A stretch of 64,000 bases of DNA, from NCBI GenBank assembly GCA_963674735.2, contig CAXXQS010000001.1, positions 1,536,001 to 1,600,000 of the forward strand, given 5' to 3'. The notes beneath the pieces are model-generated. The model made no database searches, was not told the origin of the DNA, and saw nothing but the letters and a program-made list of their open reading frames with translations. Positions within the stretch are counted from its first letter, which is position 1. The number at the start of each line of letters is the position of its first letter. Position numbers and translations under genes: made by a program. The stretch comes from Myxococcota bacterium (lineage in GTDB: Bacteria > Myxococcota_A > SURF-8). Positions 57,885 to 64,000 of this stretch are shown piece after piece.

Positions 57885-59252
57885 ATGAAAAAACAAAGCG
57901 GCAAACGCCTGATTGTCCTGCTGGCGATGATTGCGGCTATCGGTGCGTTCTCCCTTCTCTGGCGCGCGCACCTTCATTCCGAACCCTCTGCCTGCGCTTC
58001 CTGCCACATCATGCAAGAAGGAGTCGAAGGCTGGGCCTCCGGTGCGCATCGATCCGTCGATTGCCTGGAATGCCACGACCCTTCGCTCTGGTTGGAAATC
58101 ACCAATCTAGGCCGGACCCTTGCGGGGACCGTCACCCAACCGCAACCGATCACGTTTCAGCCGGAACAATGCCTCACCTGTCATCCGGCCAATCCGCGCT
58201 GGACGAACATCGCCGAAATTGTCGATGCCCGACCGCAAAGCGACACATCCGGCCGCGATCTCGCCGTCATCGCTCACGCGCATTTCGAACGAAGCGATTG
58301 CCAAAGCTGCCATAAAGACACGGCACATGGAACGGTGGAACTCCTTTCCCGCCGCCTTTCTACGGATGTCCCGCTCACCCTCGATGGGCGACTCGACGAG
58401 GGACTCTGGAAAACGGCCGCTCCCCTGCTCGTTCCGATCATGGGTGGAAACAGCATCGGACGCATCGCGGTCGAGCTGCGAGCGCTTCACTCGGACACCG
58501 ACATTTTCATCGCCGCCCGCTGGCCGGATCGGCGGGACGATGCTGAAAAAGCGATGTGGGAAATGGGATCTGATGGAAAGTGGCACAAGCTCGGTCGGAC
58601 TCGCGCCGGAGAGCCCGGAAACGAAGACCGCGTCCTTTTCCTCTGGGATGTTTCGATTCCCGACTTCAGCCAGCAAGGCTGCCTGGTCACCTGTCACCTG
58701 GACGTCAGTGCATCCAAATATCTGGAATCTCCGGGGTTGGGCGACATCTGGCACTGGAAAGCCGCCCGCAGCAATCCGGCGGGGTATTGCGACGACAAGC
58801 ATATCACCCACATTCGATCCGGAAGCGACGGCGGACGCCATGGCGACGCAACCGACCAAAAGCCGGGAACCGTCGAAAACGTCAACGACCGTGGGGATGG
58901 TCCGGCTTTCATGCACGATCCGGCGCACGAGCCGACCGACCCGCGTTTCCTGTTCGCCCAAACGGCACAACCCATTCCGGCGCAGGCTGTCTTCAAACCC
59001 GGCACGCGCATCCCCGGCTATCTGCTGTCGCGCCCGGATGGTAGCCGGGGTGACGTCGAAGCCGCCGGGTATTGGGAAAACGGGTTCTGGACGGTCGAAT
59101 TCAGACGGAAACGAGTGACCGGTCACGCCGATGATGTCGCCTTCGACGACCTCACGCGCCGTTACCCCTTCGCGCTGGCAGCGGTGGACAACGCCTCGGG
59201 CGCCGAACATTCTTTCTCGGGTGTTTTACAGCTACGCTTCATCGACAACTAG
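57885..59252 (+). CDS. Multiheme c-type cytochrome (NapC/NrfH-like N-terminus) fused to ethylbenzene-dehydrogenase-gamma / DOMON-like heme domain
   Basis: N-terminal TM; CASCH, CLECH, CLTCH, CQSCH, CLVTCH; W.D, NEDR, DIWHWKAAR, WTVEFRR. Confidence 0.8.
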   Translation: MKKQSGKRLIVLLAMIAAIGAFSLLWRAHLHSEPSACASCHIMQEGVEGWASGAHRSVDCLECHDPSLWLEITNLGRTLAGTVTQPQPITFQPEQCLTCHPANPRWTNIAEIVDARPQSDTSGRDLAVIAHAHFERSDCQSCHKDTAHGTVELLSRRLSTDVPLTLDGRLDEGLWKTAAPLLVPIMGGNSIGRIAVELRALHSDTDIFIAARWPDRRDDAEKAMWEMGSDGKWHKLGRTRAGEPGNEDRVLFLWDVSIPDFSQQGCLVTCHLDVSASKYLESPGLGDIWHWKAARSNPAGYCDDKHITHIRSGSDGGRHGDATDQKPGTVENVNDRGDGPAFMHDPAHEPTDPRFLFAQTAQPIPAQAVFKPGTRIPGYLLSRPDGSRGDVEAAGYWENGFWTVEFRRKRVTGHADDVAFDDLTRRYPFALAAVDNASGAEHSFSGVLQLRFIDN

Positions 59253-59311
59253 AACGCACAACTTCGGATTTATCGAACGCAAAGAAGCTGCACGCGAGCT
59301 TTGCGTTCCGG

Positions 59312-59653
59312 CTAAATCGCCCCGCTTCCACGGTTGCCGGTGCGAATGCGGATGCAGTCTTCCAGCGGCAGGATAAAGATCTTGCCGTCCCCGGTTTCGC
59401 CTTCCTCGTGCCGGGCCGCTTCCATGATCGCATTGACGCAGATCTCTACAAATTCATCGTTACAGGCGATTTCGAGGCGCACCTTGGGATGCAAGGTCGG
59501 TGCGACCTGCTGCCCGCGATAATAGTAGGTTTGCGTGGCCCGTCCCCGCCCGGTGCAGCGACTGACCGTGATGCGGGTGATTTCCGCCCGGATCAGCGAT
59601 TCGCGAACTTTATTCAGCATGTCCGGTTCAATGATGGCGACGATCAGTTTCAT
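59312..59653 (-). CDS. glnK: P-II nitrogen regulatory protein (amtB-linked)
   Basis: MKLIVAII.P, YRG, PKVRLEI, GDGKIF, IRIRTG..G..AI. Confidence 0.93.
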   Translation of the reverse strand: MKLIVAIIEPDMLNKVRESLIRAEITRITVSRCTGRGRATQTYYYRGQQVAPTLHPKVRLEIACNDEFVEICVNAIMEAARHEEGETGDGKIFILPLEDCIRIRTGNRGSGAI

Positions 59654-59697
59654 CTTCTTTTCCCCGCGATGCAGGTTTGATGGTTCCAGGTTTGCGC

Positions 59698-61032
59698 TTA
59701 ATCGAGGTTCAACAGGCCATAAGCCTCTTCACCATGCAACGTGTGATCCATCCCGGCCATCTGTTCCGCTTCTTTCATCTTGAAACCAACCAGTTTATCG
59801 ACCAGAACGATCAGGACCAAGGTCATGATCCCCGAATAAACCAAGCTGACCAGAATCCCTTCGCCCTGGTAGAAGAGCTGATCCATGAAAGGCAGACGCC
59901 CTTCCATGGGACGCAAGAGGAAGGCCAGTCCGATGCCCCCCACAATCCCGGCAACGCCGTGAATGCCGAAAACATCCAGAGAGTCGTCATAACCGAGTCG
60001 GCTTTTCAACTGAATGCCGCCGTAGCAGATCAACGAAGCCAACGCCCCAAGTATGATCGCCCCATACGGCTGAACGTCCCCGGCCGCCGGCGTAATGGCC
60101 ACCAATCCGGCCAGAATACCCGACACCATCCCCAGGCTGGAGGCCTTTTTCACATGCAGGGATTCGATCAGAATCCAGGTCAACGCCCCCGAAGCGGCCG
60201 AAATCTGGGTAACGGTGAGTGCTTGGGCGGTTTGCAGACCGCTCGAAACCGCACTGCCTGCGTTGAAGCCGAACCACCCCACCCATAGCAACCCAGCCCC
60301 GATCATGGTCATCACCAAGTTGCTGGGATGCATGGCTGTGGTGGGATATCCGCGTCGGGATCCTAGATAGAGCGCCGTAACCAGTCCGGCAACGCCGGAG
60401 GAAATATGGATCACCGTTCCACCGGCGAAATCGATGGCTTTTCCCGCCAGAAAGCCGTCCCCCGCCCAGATCCAGTGGCAAAGCGGGTTATAAACCAACA
60501 GGCTCCACAAGGCGATGAACAGACAAAAACCACCGAAGCGAACACGTTCCGCAAAGGCCCCGGCAATCAGAGCGGGCGTGATGATAGCGAACTTGCCCTG
60601 GAACATGGCGTAAACCAAGGTCGGGATCGCCATTTCAACGCCATTGACGTCGATCGGATACAAGGAATTGTCGATCCCGCTCAACAGAACCAGATCCCAA
60701 TCCCAGCCCACCCAGCCGCTACCGGGTCCAAAGGCCATCGCATAGCCGCAAACCGTCCACAAAACGCCGATAATGGCCATGGCGGCAAAGCTGTGCATCA
60801 TCGTGCCCAGCACGTTCTTGGTACGCACCAAGCCGCCGTAGAACATGGCAAGGCCGGGAACCATGAGTAAAACCAAGGTTGTGGAGACCAGCATCCAGGC
60901 CGTCGTGCCGGTATCGATGGTCAAGTTCTGCGGATCCTGCGCTTGGGCGAGGACGGGGAGAAAAAGGCTGAATAGCAAAATACCGATCGCCGTTAAACGA
61001 TCTTTCCTGCGTCTGCGTAAATCGGTTCCCAT
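59698..61032 (-). CDS. amtB: Ammonium transporter
   Basis: PGLAMFYGG, DFAGGTVIH, LWVGWFGFNAGS, DDSLDVFGIHG (twin His present). Confidence 0.97.
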   Translation of the reverse strand: MGTDLRRRRKDRLTAIGILLFSLFLPVLAQAQDPQNLTIDTGTTAWMLVSTTLVLLMVPGLAMFYGGLVRTKNVLGTMMHSFAAMAIIGVLWTVCGYAMAFGPGSGWVGWDWDLVLLSGIDNSLYPIDVNGVEMAIPTLVYAMFQGKFAIITPALIAGAFAERVRFGGFCLFIALWSLLVYNPLCHWIWAGDGFLAGKAIDFAGGTVIHISSGVAGLVTALYLGSRRGYPTTAMHPSNLVMTMIGAGLLWVGWFGFNAGSAVSSGLQTAQALTVTQISAASGALTWILIESLHVKKASSLGMVSGILAGLVAITPAAGDVQPYGAIILGALASLICYGGIQLKSRLGYDDSLDVFGIHGVAGIVGGIGLAFLLRPMEGRLPFMDQLFYQGEGILVSLVYSGIMTLVLIVLVDKLVGFKMKEAEQMAGMDHTLHGEEAYGLLNLD

Positions 61033-61065
61033 CAGCCCATCTCCTTTGAAATCGTCGTTAGGGAA

Positions 61066-61094
61066 AACCTACGCCCCTCGCACAATACTGTCAA
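61066..61094 (-). promoter_or_regulatory. Sigma70-type promoter of amtB-glnK
   Basis: TTGACA-N17-TAGGTT upstream of an AAGGAG RBS. Confidence 0.6.
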
Positions 61095-61218
61095 CCATAT
61101 TTTGCGTTTTCTGCATTTTTCTACATTCACGATTCGTCAATATTCACACTTATTTCAACTAGCGACGTCTCGTTCTCGATTATTTTGCATTTTTCTACGT
61201 GCATTGCGGCGCATAAAC

Positions 61219-61249
61219 AAAAAAACGGAGCGAGAAATCTCACTCCGTT
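61219..61249 (-). terminator. Rho-independent terminator after MFS gene
   Basis: aacggag.gaga / tctc.ctccgtt stem followed by a T run on the minus strand. Confidence 0.7.
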
Positions 61250-61272
61250 GCAAACTCATGGATATTCGACGA

Positions 61273-62712
61273 TCAGGTGGCTTCAGCCTGCGGTTGCGAT
61301 TCGCCGCTGGTTTGAATCCACTTCTTGAACAAGAGCACTAGAATCGGCGATGAGAGCGCCGTCAGGCCGATCACTCCCCAGAACATCACCGGGTCGAACG
61401 GCCCTCCCTCGGGCGCGTAAGCCGGTAAAATCCAGGCCTGCAGACCCGCGACAACCGGCTTGGAAGCAAACCAGGGGAGAATCGACAAACTCATGTAGGA
61501 ACCTTCCCGTCCCTTGGGCGCAATCGAGGCCGTATATTCGAACAAACGTGGCGACCAGATTCCCTCGCCAATGGTGAACACGATGGTGAAAAGGATCAAG
61601 GGGAAGTACCAGGGATGCAAATCCCCTTCCACCGCCAACAGGGTGGCCGTTACGCTCCCCAGCCAGCTATCCGCCAACGGCTGGAACACCTCGCCCGGAA
61701 TACACAGAATGAACGTTGCAAAGGCCGAAATGAACGAACCCAACACAATCATCTTGAATGAGGAAATTTTCTGCGTCAGGGCTCCGATAAAGGGCACAAA
61801 CACCACGATAATAAAGGGGTTGAGGAAGCCCCAGGCCGTGCCGAACTTGGCCCCTTCACCGATGTAACGCTCCGCGAAAGGCGGCAAAGTATAGTGCATG
61901 TGATAGAAAACGCTTTTGACTCCGACAAGGAACAGCAGAAATAGAATAAACAACCAGAAAGGCTTCTCGCGCACGACCTCGATGAATATTTTAGCCGGGT
62001 TCTCGGTTTTGGTGGCTTGTACGGAAGTGGTGATTTCGCCGCTATCCTCATCCACTGCGACACCGCGACGCAAGAAGAATTGAATGATCAACAACCCCGC
62101 GACCGTCAACACGCCGGAAAGAAAGAAGAGGAACTGGAATTCCGTCATGGCGTAGCCCAGCATCGACACGCTGCCGCCCCAGTTCTTGACCATCGCGCGG
62201 ATCACGTCGAAACCCCAGCCGCCCACCGCATAGCCCACGTTCATCAGAACATAGAACATGGAAAACGCCATGGAACGCTGGTTTTTATCGGTATAACGCC
62301 GGATCGCCGCCGCCACCACCGGCGACATGAGCGACATACCCACCGCAATCGGTCCCAGGCCGATGATCAGTGCCGCCCAGTAATGCATATCGAATGCGAT
62401 AAACAGACGCCCCAGCACGCAAAAGGCGTAACCCAACCAGAAACTGCGCTTGATACCCAGACCATCGGTGATCATACCCGCCACGACCATCATGGCCGAC
62501 AGGATCATCCCCCATACCATCAAGACATAAGCGGCGTGCTCGTCCGACTGATTGAGATCCTTCATCAACCACAGCATCAACGAGAACTGCATCAGGGTGT
62601 AGGCAATGTATTCAATGATATTGATGACATACACCACCCACAACTCGCGTGGAGCACTTTTCAATATCGTGAACTTTTCAATGAAGTCCTTCCATTTATC
62701 CCGCATTCCCAT
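61273..62712 (-). CDS. MFS transporter (POT/peptide transporter-like)
   Basis: About 12 TM; G.ITD.LG.KRS, AFSMFY..MNVG, GEGIWSPR, APKGREG.YM. Confidence 0.85.
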   Translation of the reverse strand: MGMRDKWKDFIEKFTILKSAPRELWVVYVINIIEYIAYTLMQFSLMLWLMKDLNQSDEHAAYVLMVWGMILSAMMVVAGMITDGLGIKRSFWLGYAFCVLGRLFIAFDMHYWAALIIGLGPIAVGMSLMSPVVAAAIRRYTDKNQRSMAFSMFYVLMNVGYAVGGWGFDVIRAMVKNWGGSVSMLGYAMTEFQFLFFLSGVLTVAGLLIIQFFLRRGVAVDEDSGEITTSVQATKTENPAKIFIEVVREKPFWLFILFLLFLVGVKSVFYHMHYTLPPFAERYIGEGAKFGTAWGFLNPFIIVVFVPFIGALTQKISSFKMIVLGSFISAFATFILCIPGEVFQPLADSWLGSVTATLLAVEGDLHPWYFPLILFTIVFTIGEGIWSPRLFEYTASIAPKGREGSYMSLSILPWFASKPVVAGLQAWILPAYAPEGGPFDPVMFWGVIGLTALSSPILVLLFKKWIQTSGESQPQAEAT

Positions 62713-62964
62713 GCGTCGCTCCTTGTTGCGAGGCGATTTCCCGCCAATTTTAAAAAAAAGGGGCGGTTCCCCTGTCCAGTGGAACCCTCTCGATAAGTCG
62801 GCGTTTTTCTATAACATAATACTGGGTTGATTGACAATACTCCAAAGTCGAAACCATCGGTCCGTCTTCGGCTCGGGTAAAACAAATTACGGTTGGCAGG
62901 AAACGAACAAAAGGATATAATGAGTGGAGCGCGCGACGTCTACCCAAATAAACGGAGATGCCGA

Positions 62965-64000
62965 ATGTCACTCACTTCGACTAAAGACCCTGCAACGTCA
63001 GAAGCTACCCGACTGTTCGTCTTGGATACCAACGTCCTGCTGCACGATCACCAGGCGATTTACAAGTTTGAAGAACACGATGTCGTCTTACCCATCGTAG
63101 TTTTGGAGGAACTGGATCAATTCAAAAAAGGAAGTGATTCCATCCACTTCCAGGCTCGCGAATTTATCCGTGAACTCGACCGGCTTTCCGGAGACGAGTT
63201 GATCAGCGACGGACTGGCGTTAGGAGAAGGACTCGGACGCCTTTACGTTGAAGTAGGCGCGCCTAAATCGGACCTCGTAACCAGTGCCTTTTCGATGTCC
63301 AAGGCCGATCATCGCATCCTGGCCGTAGCCGATCAACTCGCGAAAACGAACCCCGGCCGACAGGTTATCGTCGTCAGCAAAGATATCAATCTGCGCATGA
63401 AAGCGAAATCACTTGGCATTATTGCACAGGACTACCGCTCGGATAAAGTGCGCAACATCGAAGAGCTCTACACCGGGATTCGTCTGCAAGAAGGGATGGA
63501 CCCCAATCTGATCGCTCAGTTCTACCAAGGTGACGGAAAAATCGATGTTTCCGAGTTCGATCTACCGGATCCGCCGCTGGCCAACCAGTATTTCATTTTG
63601 CGCAACGGTAGCACCAGCGCCTTGGCTCGCTACAATACCGACGAAAAAATGATGGAACGGGTTACGCGTCGCGTTTCCTATAGTATCGAGCCGCGTAATG
63701 CCGAACAGACCTTCGCCATGGATGCGCTATTGAACCGCGACATCCCACTGGTTACCATCACCGGCAAAGCCGGTACCGGAAAAACGCTTCTAGCCCTGGC
63801 CGCCGCCCTGGAACAGCGCCGCCACTACCGCCAAATCTACTTGGCTCGTCCGGTGGTGCCGCTGGGCAACCGCGATATCGGTTATCTTCCCGGCGACATC
63901 CAATCGAAACTCGATCCCTACATGCAGCCGCTGTTCGACAACCTGGGGGTTATTCGACATCGGTTCTCGACCGGTAGCGAAGAATCGAACCGTATCAACG
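62965..64000 (+). CDS. phoH: PIN-domain PhoH family ATPase (PhoH2-like), 3' truncated; absent from ORF track
   Basis: MSLTSTK...FVLDTNVLLHD PIN motif, VSKDINLRMKA, PRNAEQ, GKAGTGKT, IGYLPGD. Confidence 0.92.
   Translation, partial: MSLTSTKDPATSEATRLFVLDTNVLLHDHQAIYKFEEHDVVLPIVVLEELDQFKKGSDSIHFQAREFIRELDRLSGDELISDGLALGEGLGRLYVEVGAPKSDLVTSAFSMSKADHRILAVADQLAKTNPGRQVIVVSKDINLRMKAKSLGIIAQDYRSDKVRNIEELYTGIRLQEGMDPNLIAQFYQGDGKIDVSEFDLPDPPLANQYFILRNGSTSALARYNTDEKMMERVTRRVSYSIEPRNAEQTFAMDALLNRDIPLVTITGKAGTGKTLLALAAALEQRRHYRQIYLARPVVPLGNRDIGYLPGDIQSKLDPYMQPLFDNLGVIRHRFSTGSEESNRIN

Noticed and set aside
62752-62800. SAM-I riboswitch (leader starts CTTATCGAGAG)
   Set aside because: Too short, and lacks the kink-turn, GCAACC and closing GATAA strand.

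Overview
A 64-kb window of GC-rich bacterial chromosome with about 49 protein-coding genes. I found no rRNA, tRNA, CRISPR array or intact transposase. Gene content (MXAN_5187-type protein, stand-alone MshEN/GspE-N protein, IgGFc-binding Cys-rich lipoprotein, FlhG plus J-HTH pair) suggests a Myxococcota or related deltaproteobacterial lineage; this is inference. Housekeeping genes include an M29 aminopeptidase, MTA phosphorylase, an AddA-like helicase-nuclease, rlpA, frameshifted prfB, amtB-glnK and phoH. Four things stand out. (1) An arginine operon (argC-D-B-E-G-H) lacks argA/argJ and is headed by a translationally coupled DUF1611/DgcN-like gene, a candidate non-canonical N-acetylglutamate synthase. 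(2) A compact three-gene nitrogenase-like operon (NifH-like plus two divergent component-1 subunits, apparent 3+1 Cys ligation) has no nif, bch or cfb partners in the window and lies between two paralogous orphan histidine kinases. (3) A 2.1-kb ECF sigma / anti-sigma / signal-peptidase cassette is bracketed by a 113-bp duplication of the argH 3' end and carries two matching GGAAC-N16-CGTA promoters. (4) A TetR-linked cluster encodes an S1P-lyase-like enzyme, a CrtI/RetSat-like oxidoreductase and a ferredoxin reductase. All calls come from motif reading only; no database searches were run.
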